Shown here: positions 50,860 through 64,000 of the stretch, in pieces
Numbering within the stretch: the stretch's first letter is position 1
Layout: each line of letters starts with the position of its first letter
Position numbers and translations under genes: made by a program
Notes under the pieces: model-generated
Told to the model about the DNA's origin: nothing
Databases searched by the model: none
The model's input: the letters and a program-made list of their open reading frames with translations, nothing else
Origin: the human T2T-CHM13v2.0 reference genome, Homo sapiens
Length of the DNA: 64,000 nucleotides
Assembly: GCF_009914755.1 (NCBI RefSeq)
Contig: NC_060935.1
Direction: 5' to 3' (one strand)

Positions 50860-51159
50860 GGCTGCATGCAGTGGCTCATGCCTGTAATCCCACCATTTTG
50901 GGAGGCTTAGGTGGGCGGATCACGAGGTCAGGCATTTGAGACCACCCTAGACAATATCTCTTCTAAAAAATACAAAAATTAGCTGGGCATAGTGGCACGT
51001 GCCTGTAGTCCCAGCTACTCAGGAGGCTGAGGCAGGAGTCACTTGAACCTAGGAGGTGGAGGTTTCAGTGAGCTGAGATCGTGCCACTGCACTCCAGCCT
51101 GGGTGAAAGAGTGAGACACCATCTCGAAAGAGTGAGACACCATCTCAAAATAAATAAAT
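50860..51159 (+). mobile_element. AluS (duplicate of 17689-17981) with a small internal deletion and a 21-bp tandem duplication at the 3' end
   Basis: TSD AATAAGGGTGTT at 50846-50857 and 51160-51171. GAAAGAGTGAGACACCATCTC occurs twice. Confidence 0.92.
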
Positions 51160-54100
51160 AATAAGGGTGTTTCTCTTCTTTTAGTAGAGGTATATGTAGA
51201 TGGCATATTTACCAGGATAGTGTTAGACATCTAAAGGCAATTCAGGTATACTAGGTTGGGAAGGCAGGATTTAGAATCTCCCAACTCACAGAGATGTCAT
51301 CTCATCATAGCATCTGTTTGAATGTTCAAGAACTCAAATTCTACATCTAGACTGAGTGTGGATGGGATCCTTGGGTGCAATTTCTATTGTGCACTTTTTA
51401 AATTATGGTTTTTCTGTATTTACAGATCTATTGAGACAGGGAATTTCTTCCACATGCCCAGCACACAATGGAGAAACAGAGGTCTAGGCAATTAAATAGA
51501 TGTTCCTGTTCACAAGGGAAGGCGATGGTGCTTTCTTCAGTGTGATTTACTTGAAGACTTTGTAGAATATATAAGCACCATACTCACAAATATCTTTGAA
51601 GCTGGAAATGTATAATTGCATTCATACCACTGAGCAACAGGAGTGGAAACTTATGTGAGAGGTTCCTTTCATTCTGAAATTTATGATTATGAATATGATA
51701 TACTTCCCAGAGCCGCCTCCTAAAATATGTTTCTATACATACTATTTCCATTTTATTAAGATATTTTGTTAAGCTTTGACACTAATGACATTAAGTTGTG
51801 TCTGTTTGAAAGCCCAATAACTTCTCATTAGTTGCCTTTCCAATGGACTTCCTCTGGACATTCTATCAGGAATTATGAATCCCAAATCCCAATAATCATC
51901 ACAGGGTGGCAGGAGTAGGTTTCTGCAAGAGTCTCCAGTTTGCATATGTTCACATACATACACTTCCAAAAATGACTGCATTATGTTATTGGGTCTAACT
52001 ACATTGCATGAGCAACTTCCCATTAGGAATCTTCTAGAGCCCTTGTCATGTATTTCTTATCACTGTATGTTGGAGATCTAGTGGTATAATTGCTAAGGTT
52101 TGTGAAATGTCTCTGATGGTCACGAGCCATGCTGTTCCCAGAATCTTGCATGATTAGTCTAAGCTCTGTTTGTTGACTAGACTGATCAGTGACATTTGAC
52201 TACTTATATTTACTGTAGACCCCATACTTTTCCACGTTGCTTCTTCTGAGGAAGAAACTATTACAATATTATCAAAGTAATGAATTAATTTATTTTGATT
52301 ATGTTCACATCTAAGTTTCATTTCACCAAATTATGGCATTATACTAAGTATATATATTTGGGCAAAATGGCAAACATATGTTGTATTTCTTTCCACATAA
52401 AAGGAAACTATTCTGGATATTCCTTTAATCCTAAAAGTTGAACTGGAAGCCCAAAGATATAAGATTTGTAATTAAAATTTTGAAAGACTAGTGAATCATT
52501 CTGAATAAGACAGATTACAATTGTATAACGACTAAAATACTATGGTGCTGTTTGAAATATAAAGATAACTAAATAAAAGTACATATAAGTTAAAACCATT
52601 CCATAAATACATTTAAAAATGCACTGTTTCTGTTAACATGTTTTTGGTTCAAATGATAGAACACTGAATTCAAACTTTTGTGAAATATAAGAATATTGAT
52701 AGGCTAACATAATTTCATTTTTCAATATTATGAAAATATTCAAGGTGAGTTGATAAAATGGATCAATTATGTTTTTAAAGAAGGCTTTTCTTTGTTTGTT
52801 TTGTCCCATGAGTCACAATATTGGATTAAATCTGGCTCTCCTATCACAAGAAGGGTTGTTATCTGTATTGATTTAGAGAGCGCTCTTCCCACAACTGTGG
52901 CAGAGGTAATTGACCTGATTGTGATGTGGAATGGAGATGTTATAACACAATGGTTGCAAGAAATAATACTTTTTTCTTCCAATTGACTTACTTGAACACA
53001 TGTTGCCATTTCCTTTTCCAATAGTGATAATAAATGAGAAAGTGCAGGAGTCCTTTCCTGAATGGGTATAATGAACAGGGATGAGACATTTTGAGGATGA
53101 AAGTCTGGACTATCCCATTCAATAAGTTATGAGATCTGCAGAGATGTTAGCGGAAGGTGAAACGGGAAAAAATTGATAAGAAAGAAGTTGGTAAATAGCA
53201 GTGGCAACTCTGAGATCAGATTCAGTTGCAAGAGACATAGTTTGTCATGGAACCTTTCTCTTCTCGCTCTCCTCAAGTAAGAGAATCCTAAAAGAGCTGT
53301 TCTGGTAATGTATAAGAATATATAAATTCAAGTGGCATAAGGGTTATATTATGGTCTATATGAAGAGGCTCTGCCTTGCCCTTCATTTAGGAAAGAAGAA
53401 TTTATTTTTCCAGTTGTTGGGTGTTCTGTTTAGTAGACAGCATTCAGATGATAGCCCCTTCAGTGTCTTTAGACGTTGCAGAAATCCACCTCAATAAAGG
53501 TCTCATGCCCTTTCTCAGAGCAGTCCCTCTTTGCATCCAGGTTAATATTTAGGTTCAGGTAACCTTAAAGTACAAGCAGGAAATATGGTCCTTTTCTTGA
53601 AGAAAATAATTAATTTTGTTAAAAAATTATGAATCTAGATAATTAAAATGTCAATAATCATAGGAACATGTGGAATTTGATCTTGTCTATATTGAAATGG
53701 AGAAGGACATTGATTAGGCTGCATTGGGAATGTTTATCACTGTGAAGATAATCTTCTGTAAATATATGTGACACAAGGTTTATGTTGACTAAAATTACTG
53801 AGCACATACAGTGTGTCAGACCTATAGAAGAAAGCATTCCAAGTGTTTAGGGTGGTATGTTCAGGGTGGCACCATGACTCACCCTTTTGGAGGCCATTCC
53901 AATGTTCTATCTAGACAATAGCTTCTAGGTGATGGGAAATGTAGTCATAGTGGTGAATTCTATGGTGTTGAGTAATTTGCTTTACTTTATTTACTAGAAA
54001 AGATATCGCCTGGTTAGAAATGACGGTGATTGTTGTACCATGGGAATGAATCATCCCCATGAATAATAAATAAGACTAAAGCACTGGGACAATCATATAA

Positions 54101-56448
54101 CCAGAATATATAATATAATGACCAGATGCTGTCTCCAGCACTTTGAGATTTGCAATGAAGTAAGCTGGCAGAGGGATGTTGGCTGGTTTCCCTAGCTATT
54201 TGTGTCATGTTAGAGAGTCAATGATGGACCTTGCTGATGGCATTTTGGACCTTGAGCATTGACAGTAGCCGCAGAAGCCATGGTGAAAGGCAGATTATGT
54301 TCTTTGAGCCCTTGTAAAGTATTCATCACTGCCACAGGGACTACAAAGATTACTGGAATAAAATAAAAGCCTGACTGACATCCAAAATATAGTTCATGTT
54401 GCTAACCACATTTCTGCAAGCCTCCTCTGCAGTAGATTCTCTTTGATAGGCATTTATGTGGGAAACTAACTGTGCATTCGGTGCCCATTCTTGGATATCC
54501 ATACCACTCCAACTGCTTTGTAATCTCTTTTTCATTTTTAAATTTCAAATTTCCTCAATATCTTGTCAAATCTGTTAGCCATGTTCCCGAGTCTTTGTGG
54601 ACTCCTAACTCAGGCTATTTCTCTTTCCACGTGAAGTGGAAAACCAAACATAATCCTCAAAATACTGCTCACCGGGATGCTTTTGCTTCACCTCAGTGCT
54701 TCAATATCACCTTGCAGGAAGAGTACTGTGCAGCATTTGTCCAGTTTCACCTGCTTTTGCCATACCAAGCAAATTGGTAATGTCTTTTGTTGTAGTCTTT
54801 CAAACATAGTTTGTTTTTGTTGTTTCTAGTGCTACTGAGGTTTTCTTCACAAATATTTTATGTACTTAAAGTGTACAGTATAATGTTTGATATATGTATA
54901 CACTGTGAAGTGATTACCACTATGAAACTAGTTAATGTGTCCATGATCTCACATAGTTACTTTTATTTGTGATAAGAACATTTAAGATATATTTTCTTGC
55001 AAATTTCATGTATCCCATATGTATTACTAATTAAGATCAACATGCTGTACATGAGCTCTTCAGAACTTATTCATACTGCATTCCATACTGCATTACTGAA
55101 ACTTTGTAGCCTTTGACCAACATCTTATTTTCTTCCTTCCCAGTCCCTGGCAACCACCATTCTAGTCTCTGACTTTTATGTGTTTGACTTTTTTTAGATT
55201 GCACACATATGTGACATTATGTGGCATTTATGTTTCGGTAGAGAAAGGAATTCTTGTGCAGTATTGATGGAAATGTAAATTACTGTGGCCATTATAGGAA
55301 ACTCTATGGAGTTTCCTCAAAAAATTATAATTAAAAATAAGATCTAGCGATGTGACTTCTTGTAATATATTTAAAGGAAAGAAAATCAATATTTTGAAAG
55401 GTGCTTGCACTTCCACGTATACTGCAGCATTATTTGTAGTAGTCAAGATATGAACACAAAAGTCTGTCAAAGATGAGTGGGTAAAGTTAATACATATCCA
55501 ATGTGGAATGATATATATGTATCTATATACCTAATATGATATTATTAATTGTAGTCTTTATGCTGTACCTTAGATTATGAGAATTATTCATTCTGCATAG
55601 CTCAAAATTTGTGTCCTATATAGGTAATACAATATTATGCAATAAATATATATGTAACCCAATGTTATTCAACCTTAAAAAATAAGAAAATTCTGCCATT
55701 TTTAGCAATGTGTATGGACCTGGAGGACTTGAATAACTTCATTATTTTATTTCACTTTTAATTGATGAATAATAATATTATGTATGTATAGGGTACCATG
55801 TGATGTTTTGAGATCACTTGCAGTAACATGGATGAACCTGGAGTGCATTATGCTACATGAAATGAATTCTTAAATGAACGTTTAGTTCATTAGTTTTTCA
55901 GTCTTTATCATTTTCTAATTAGTACAACTAAGATTTTGGCTGACTTTACGAGCTTTGGTAGGTTGTATTTTTATAAACATTAAGCTCAAAATATTTTATA
56001 ATTTCCATTGTAATTTATTTTACCAATAGGTTCTTAAAAAGTGACTTACTTAATTTTCAAATATGCAGAAATTTCTGGATAGTTTTATTTTTTATTTGTC
56101 CATAAGTTATTGGGGTACAGGTGGTACTGGTGGTATTTGGTTACATGAGTAATTTCTTTAGTGGTAAATTTGTGAGATTTTTGTACACAGTCAACACAAC
56201 CATATTGGTTGTGTTTTATCCCTTGCCCTCCTTCACTCTTCTCCCCAAATACACAAAGTCCATTGTATCATTCTTATGCCTTTGAATCGTCATAGCTTAG
56301 CTCCCACATATCAGTGAGAACATACGATGTTTGGTTTTCCAATCCTGAGTTACTTCACTTAGAATAATAATCTCCAGTCTAATCTGGAATCCAGGCCACC
56401 TCAAATGCTGTTAAGTCATTCCTTTTTATGGTTGCATAGCATTCCATC

Positions 56449-56455
<7 letters not shown>

Positions 56456-56515
<60 letters not shown>
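56456..56515. repeat. (AT)30 microsatellite
   Basis: Read directly from the sequence. Confidence 0.97.
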
Positions 56516-56518
<3 letters not shown>

Positions 56519-56648
56519 AGTTTCTTTATCCATTCATTGATTGATGGGCATTTGGGTTGGTTCTGTGATTTTGCAATTGTGAATTGTGCTGCTATAAACA
56601 TGCGGGTGTATCCTTTTCTTATAATGACTTCTTTTCCTCTCGGTAGAT

Positions 56649-56764
56649 GAAGCAGGAAACCATCATTCTCAGAAAACTAACCCAAGAAGAGAAAACCAAA
56701 CACTGCATGTTCTCACTCACAAGTGGGAGTTGAAAAATGAGAACACATGGACACAAGGAGGGGA
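56649..56764 (+). mobile_element. 116-bp internal L1PA fragment with no tail and no TSD
   Basis: GAAGCAGGAAACCATCATTCTCAG...GAACACATGGACACAAGGAGGGGA, inserted into the host L1 sequence GGTAGAT|ACCCAGTAGTGGGATTGC. Confidence 0.85.
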
Positions 56765-57459
56765 ACCCAGTAGTGGGATTGCTGGATCAAATGGTAGTTC
56801 TACTTTTATTCCTTAAAACAATTCCAGACTGTTTTGCATAGTGGCTGTACTAGTTTACATTCCCACCAGCAGTGTAGAAATGTTCCCTGTTCACAGCATC
56901 TATGACAACATCAACTGTTTTTTTGATTTTTTGAATATGGCCATTCTTGCAGGAGTGAGGAAGGTATCGCATTGTAGTTTTGATTTGTATTTCTCTGATC
57001 CTTAGTAATGTTGAGCATTTTGTCATTTTTTTGGCCAGTTGTATATCTTCATCATCATTTCTTGAAAAGACTATTTTCCCCCTTCAGTTTGCCTTGACAC
57101 CCTTATAAAAAATGAGTTGACAATAAATGCCAGGGTTTGTTTCAACAGTGAGTTCTGTTCCACTGATCCATGCATCTAACCTAATATCATACTGTCTTGA
57201 TGACTGTGGTTTACAGTAGTAGGGAAACCAGGAAGTTCTTTTTCAAGATTGTTTTGGATATTTTGGACATTATACAGCATGACCTTTTACTCCTAAATAT
57301 TTCAACATGTATATCCTGTAAGAACAAAGACATTGACTTGCATAAACAGAGAATTATCAAATTAAGTAAAATCCATACAACACTATTACCCATTATATGT
57401 CGGTATTCAAATAGCATCAACTATTTCCATAATGTTTTCTTTTACTTTTTGTTCCATTT

Positions 57460-57567
57460 GCAGACAGGGTCTCACCATTTTGCCCAGGCTGAGCTTCAAC
57501 TCACAATTTTCCTGCGTTAACCTCCAGAGAAGCTGGGACTATAGGTATGTGACTCCACCCTGGGCCC
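57460..57567 (-). mobile_element. Degraded Alu monomer (FLAM/FAM-like)
   Basis: AGACAGGGTCTCACCATTTTGCCCAGGCTG...GCTGGGACTATAGGTATGTG. Confidence 0.6.
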
Positions 57568-60500
57568 AATAATGTTTTCTATAGAAATTTTTTGGGGAGT
57601 TCAGCATCAAATCTAGAGTTATACATTAAATTTAGTTGATATTTTGCTTTATTTTAACGTGAACAGCTTTCTAGTACTTCTTTAACTTTTTATTACATTA
57701 ACATTTTGAGGAACATCTCCCATTTGCTTTGCAGAATACCTTTCAATCTGAATCTAATAATTTCCTTATTTTGAGACCAAACTTATCCATACCTGTCAGG
57801 CATGCTACATCCCAGCTTATCTTTGCCTGCATCAAATTACTGATTGAATTAAGGGTACAAAGTTTCAACCTGTTTACCTTGATTAGGACATCTTTGAGGC
57901 CACCCCTACCTCAAAATTTTCTATAATACTGGCCTTTGATTCAATTATGTTCATGTTAATATCTCTCTCCATCCATTGCTTTGTTACAGTTGTTATTCCC
58001 TAGAGCATGCACCAACAAATCCTGCATACTAATCTAGCAGAAACGACTTTTTTGGGAACCCAACCTACACAATTTTGTAAATGTTCTTTGCTCTTGGTTC
58101 TCTCAGAGGGGGTCATGAATTGAATTGTTATGATTCTCCTTTTTTGGTTTCTTCTTACCAGAGCTTTCTATGGAGTTACAATGATTTTTGTCTTCTGTTC
58201 ATTTTGAAGTGCTGAAGTAAGGCTCTGTATAGATAGAGGAAGAGTTACGGTTTTTGGGTGTCTTCTAAGATTTTTAGTTCATAGGTGGCTTCTTTATAAT
58301 TTTTTTAGCATAGTACAACATTTAAGTGAGGAAGGATGAATTAGAATACCTTTAGATTTTGTCATCCTTCTTTGTTTCCTCAGGACTTTAATTTCCTCTT
58401 ATAGGTCCTGTACTTTCCTTTCCCAGGAGGTCACCCAAAAGTACCTTTCCTTGCTACTCATCATCATTTCCCCGAGAAGTCATGCCTTTTGGAGAATATC
58501 ATCATAGGTGCTGCATATTTTCATTATTTCCCTCTGCTCAACATCCTGCTTTATCAGACATCAGACCCCTTTCATTAATGATTTTGAAATTAGTGTGACT
58601 TACAATGTTGTGGGTGATTCTGGCTGTGCTCCATCTCCTTTGGGCTTCCTACTTCCCTCTCCTGTTCTCTACACTCTCTTCAGGGTTCCCTCACTTTTCT
58701 CTCTGTTTAGAGCTGCAGAGATCTCTCTGCTGGGATTTGATGTTAATTTTTCTATTTAGAGGTTACTTGAGATTCGTAGTATTCTCAGTGTCAGTTATGC
58801 TGTATGTCCTAGTTATGTGTGACATTATGTACTTGCTGTGTTTTATTTATTGAATTTTTTTTGGAGGATATGTAGAGAGATTCTGACTTCAGAAGCTTCC
58901 ATCGTTATGTAAGAGACACCTGAATATTGAGTGTCAAATATTTCTGTATTTAATTTTATTTTTTCTTGTTTTACTTCATAATAATAATTTTAAAATTATA
59001 GGTCTTAAATAATTGTTTCTGTAGTTCCTTTTAAGAAAGATGTTTCCCCCTCTGGACAAAATTTCTGAGTTGGGTTTGACATGTGGATGTTATCTCATCT
59101 GAGTTAGATTGAAACTTTTAGTAAGTTGATTAGCAACAGTCTTGTGCTATTCTCATTAGGTATGTTTGCCATACACAAAACCTTAAGCTTTCCATTTTAC
59201 TCCAGTGCCTTCTTAGAGTTGAGAATTTCAAAAATATACTGATTAATCAGAAGCAAAGGAATCTTATTCATGCAACTTTATGTCTTTGTTTTTAATAAGG
59301 GACTTTCTCTTTGATGTTGCAGTGCTATTTTTTTGCACTTGATTATCCTAAAGTAATTGTCGAGGAGAAACTTCTAAAAATATAGAAAAATATAGATCCC
59401 TGGAAAGATCATGTGAGAGGGTTCTGTTCTCTGGGGCATGATTCCTCATGAATTAATTTGGAGCAAGCAGCCTTGGGGACAAACAGTTTGAACAACTCAG
59501 TGAAATATTTTGTTGTTCATTGTTGATTATGTCATATCTTCTCTACCTGGGAGAATAGTTCTCCTCAGGTATTAATGTCACTGTCAAATATAAAATAAAA
59601 GCCATTACCTTACTAGACATGAACCATACTAAAGCAGCCATATGAACATATGAGTGCTTTTAAAATATTCAAAACAAAGCCCAGTTTTTAGATTATCTTT
59701 GTGAACTATTGACTAAAAATGCCCTATTGATGAAGAATGACTAAGAATGCTAAGTTTCTGTAGATCTTGTATCTATCGACTAAGAATGCTATAAAAGGTT
59801 TGTTCAACCCATAAGATCAGTAAACATAATAATGGGGTTTTAAATGTTTTAAATTTTAATATATATATTCTCAATGACAAGTTTCCAATGTGGTGATTCA
59901 TCAGTCATATCAACTGCTTATTCCTGAAACCAACTCTGGATAATCCCATAATCCAAATGAAAATGTTTACAAAAGTTGAAGAAGATGATCATGCTTTGTT
60001 CAGGCAAAAGGAGATACATCCCTGTGTGACAAAACATTTGCACCTTTAGTGACCATGTGGCCTCTTCCTTTCTTTGCAGTCATGCCTGTATTAAAAGGGT
60101 GTCAATCCTGATTATCTTCTTCAAACTAGGCAGTAATCTTCTAGGAACAGAGGAAAAACTGCAGAAGCCTGGATTTGGAACAAGTGACCAAGGAGGAAAT
60201 AGAAAACCCAGGTAACAAATTTACAAAAAAAAATTTTACTGCTATTATGATAGGGGCAAAATTGACTTTATTTGAATGAGTTATGTATCTTTCTTAAAAA
60301 GTAGGCTTTATCATTTAATCTCAAGTGTTTTATGCCAGAACCTCCAAGAATAAGAGAGCATACACATTTTCTTCATTTTGTAGAATATTATTAGAATAAG
60401 TACAATGGCAATAATTTTCTCCAAATTTTTAATTAGAATTGTTTAATTACATATTTAAATGCAGAAAATGCATAGCACAACATAACATGACTATATTTAG

Positions 60501-60659
60501 TATTTATAATGACTTCATTTAGATTGCTTTATATAATTTAGAGAATACAACAATCATTATCTTACATCTTAATACATTGATAATAAGTATTGCCACAGTT
60601 CTTTATATTTTTATCTTGTATATAATATTTTAAAAAGTCCTGATGTTTTATTTGTGTTG

Positions 60660-61100
60660 GTATTTTTTATTATGGTAAAATACACATAACACATTGTTGT
60701 GTAACCATCATCACTGCTCATCTCCAAACCTTTTCATCATCCTAAACTGAAACTCCATACCCATCAAACAATAATTTTTCCTTATCCCTTCCCCTTAGCC
60801 CCTGGTAACCACTGTTGTGGTGTCTTATAAAAGTGAGATCATAACATATTTGTCGTTTTGTGTCTGGCTTAGCATGTCTTCAAGGTTCACCCATGTTCTA
60901 GCATTATCACAATTTCATTGCTTTTTAAGGTTGAATAATATCCCCTTGTATGTATATACTACAATATGTTTATTCGTTCTTTAATTGATGGGCATTTAAG
61001 TTGTTTCCATCTGTTGGCTATTGTGAATAATTCTGCTATGAACATCAGTGTCCAAATACTTGTTTCAGTCTGTGATTTCTATTCTTTCATGCATATGCCC
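60660..61100 (-). mobile_element. Old L1MB-like 3' end
   Basis: GGTAAAATACACATAAC...CAAACCTTTTCATCATCCTAAACTGAAACTCCATACCCATC...GCTATTGTGAATAATTCTGCTATGAACAT. Confidence 0.75.
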
Positions 61101-62775
61101 CAAGTAACATTCACATTACCAAGTGAAAATTCACCAGCTGTCTTTCTTCGTAGCTCTTTGACATGTATCATTAAAACTAATTTAATCTGAAGTACCTTTT
61201 TGTAGATTAGGGGATCAACTGGGTACATAACAAGATGTGTCCAGTTTTACTCACAACATTTTTAAAACCCTGAAAATTAGGGCATATTAATGTAATTAAC
61301 TCACAGGCAGAAATTGATGTTGGCATTTTCCCTAAGTTTCTGTAGATCTTGTACCTAATGGAATTCATAACTTCTTTTTCCATAGACACTAAATGACCCT
61401 TTCTAATAAGGTATATGTGTAGGTCCATAAATTTACCTAGTCACCAGACTTTTCAGAACACGAGTTTTCATATTTTGTAAAAATTGTTATTGTGGAATAC
61501 CTATCCTGGATTCACATTTTTTGAGTATTTCTTAAATGATTCACTCTTTCTCATTGAATATGTTAAGAAATTTGAAGAATCTTTCAAATGTTTGAATCAG
61601 ATATATATTTTCCATAATATAGAATATTGATAAAATACAGAATTTGGAATCATTCGAGGTGATAATTTTCAATAGAATAATAGTAATGCTCCTAAGAACA
61701 TTTTAATAATTGAAATATTTGTTGAGTACTTGAAATGCTATAAACAAATAAGTATTATAAGTACAAAAAGGTCAACAGGAGAGATTGTCCTACTGGAAGT
61801 TATCTCTGAAGTTTAAAATCTGATTTTTTCATTTTTCTTTGGCCCAAATGTATAAAGATTCCTAGAAGCAAGTGCTGACACAGATGCTGAGTTACCTTCC
61901 AGGCCACCTCCTGAGTGACAGGAACCTTGGAATCTGATATTCTTCTATTCTCAACTCATTCAGGTCCCTCAATCAAAATGCTTACCAATATTTCATTCAG
62001 CTTATGGCCTTTACTTATTTCCATCTGCCTTTGCTAAGTTATCTCTTATTTTATTTATGTCTACTCTTTCTCTGATGTTTGAGTATGTCTTGGCTTGCCT
62101 TGATGCATAAAGGATAGAATAATCTCCTGACCATCACAAATGATCATCACTAACACAGAGCATATTTCAAATAATACTGCTAATACAAACTTGTGTATAT
62201 GACACATAAAATTGGGCCTGGATCACATCTGAAATGCCCAACAGATGATTTGATTTATTTTACTCAAGTGAAAATGAATATTTTATATTTGGCATAATTT
62301 CAAATAGCCACAAACTAATAATATGAAAAAACCCTTATGTATTGATTACTTTAATCATCAAATAATCTTTAGCACATACTAAGCCTGATTTATATAAAAA
62401 TGGTCTACCAGCAAAAATGTCATCATGTTGTTTGGGATACATGTGTCAATGATAAGAATCCAGAAACTCATTTATCTGGAAGGATCATTAGATTTGCAAT
62501 AAGGAATTATATGGTGGGATGTGATTTTCCCGAGATGACTAAACTAAAAATCAACTAAAATTTTCAGATTTTTCATATAGAATTATTTCTACTACACCAT
62601 GATTTTGCCTGGAGTCTTTATTTTTACATTGTGAATTAATCCGTAATTAGGCATCATCAGTCTTAAACAAATGTGAAAAGTGGGGAAAATGTCCATGCAG
62701 TGCCCCTGCACTTTGATTTGTATTACCTGTTTATTTTTTCCTCTAATGACCTAGGTTGCAATAGATCAAAATTCA

Positions 62776-62820
62776 GTGTGTGTGTGTGTGCGTGTGTGTG
62801 TGTGTGTGTGTGTTGTGTGT
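62776..62820. repeat. (GT)n microsatellite, interrupted
   Basis: Read directly from the sequence. Confidence 0.95.
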
Positions 62821-63532
62821 TTTCAAATAAAACATTGCTTTCATTGGACTTTCATGGCTGGGAAGATTTTAATACATTTATTTCCAAGCACTTGCTCTCT
62901 CAGCTTTGAAATTCAGTTTAATTAAATAAAATTTAATAAACATTTAGTGAGCATTCACAATGTGTCTGGTTCTTTGAGTGAGTTATTCCTGGATTCTAGG
63001 AGCTCACAGTAGAGTGTTTCAGAACGGCAAATATCTAAACATTAGCCGGTAATTTTATGCTCCGTATACTGGGTACTAATTTACATAAACATATAAGTAA
63101 AGTCTACACATATGAGACTGTTTTCTTGATAGATCATGGAAGGAAAAATCCATTCAGGGAAAAAAAAGGGAAATACTATATAAATGTCAAAAATCCAGTC
63201 TTTTTAAGAGACATTCTCTGGAAATATCTCTATTTTGAGGTGTAGTAGATTATCTTACATATATATCCACTCACACATACCTTCCAGTTAGAACACTGAA
63301 GCCTCATCATTGTAATTAAAGCAATAAATTTTGTAAAAATGAAAAGGATAATTGTGGGAGGAGATTCTAAACACTCCTTTTCTAATGAGCTGCTCTGTGT
63401 CGCCAGGGGAAACATGGTTGAGTAAGGCATCACATTTTTGACATGGAGCTTCTGACAAATAATCTCAAATTTATCATTGACCCTTTTGTTTACAGGTTCT
63501 GACACCTTAGTCCAATACCTTCAGAAGAACAC

Positions 63533-64000
63533 ATGGAAAATAGGAAAAATTGACTTAATTCATCCTCTTGGGGCTCACACAGAACCCTGAGGGCCAAAAA
63601 GTTTTATTTGTCACATTCTTACTCATCTACATTGTGACGATAATGGGCAACCTCCTTATCATGGTGACCATCATGGCCAGCCAGTCCCTGGGTTCCCCCA
63701 TGTACTTTTTTCTGGCTTCTTTATCATTTATACATACCGTCTATTATACTGCCATTGCTCCCAAAATGATTGTTGACCTGCTCTCTGAGAAAAAGACCAT
63801 TTCTTTTCAGGGTTGTATGGCTCAACTTTTTATGGATCATTTATTTGCTGGTGCTGAAGTCATTCTTCTGGTGGTAATGGCCTATGATCAATATGTGGCC
63901 ATCTGTAAGCCTCTTCATTATTTGATCATCATGAATTGTCGAGTCTGTGTTCTCATGCTGTTGGTGGCCTGGATTGGAGGCTTTCTTCACTCATTGGTTC
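63533..64000 (+). pseudogene. OR4A21P: OR4A15-like olfactory receptor pseudogene, 5' part only (runs off the window)
   Basis: MENRKN, then a 1-nt deletion and stops (TGA 63551; GAA>TAA in the TEF motif), then an open frame [24 protein letters not shown]...[13 protein letters not shown]...[15 protein letters not shown] to the window end. Closely resembles OR4A15 as I recall it; symbol is from recalled gene order only. Confidence 0.88.

Larger units (their letters stand above)
56090..57050 (-). mobile_element. L1PB-like 3' region, containing (AT)30 and a short sense L1PA insert
   Basis: Antisense L1 3' UTR and ORF2 C-terminus (ORF track 56416-56601 MFIAAQFTIAK..NQPKCPSINEWIKKL). Confidence 0.82.

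Overview
This is primate, almost certainly human, genomic DNA: it carries AluY, L1PA2/3 and HERV-K LTR5 elements. It comes from an olfactory receptor cluster of the OR4A subfamily. Five OR coding exons lie on the + strand (starts 2787, 16757, 39085, 48258, 63533), and all are disabled; the fifth is cut by the window edge. From recollection of gene order and spacing, this is probably the chr11q11-q12 run OR4A10P-OR4A17P-OR4A13P-OR4A50P-OR4A21P, which I could not verify. The first four ORs come from a nested duplication. An old single-gene monomer gave types A and B, then the A+B pair was duplicated (about 1-23240 versus about 29986-56455). Each copy later gained its own retroelements, so the paralogs act as internal empty-site controls. 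I see no intact host protein-coding gene, RNA gene or CRISPR array, and no evidence of a novel multi-gene system. Long ORFs in the track are L1 ORF1/ORF2 pieces or OR fragments. The best observations concern genome dynamics: (1) a full-length L1PA2-like element with a ~500 bp 3' transduction and a mutated YY1 site; (2) an OR disabled by a single nonsense codon; (3) a solo HERV-K LTR inside an OR exon, in frame with its C-terminal half; (4) two twin-primed L1s; (5) several microhomology-templated insertions; (6) signs of gene conversion; (7) a duplication breakpoint at a (TA)n tract.
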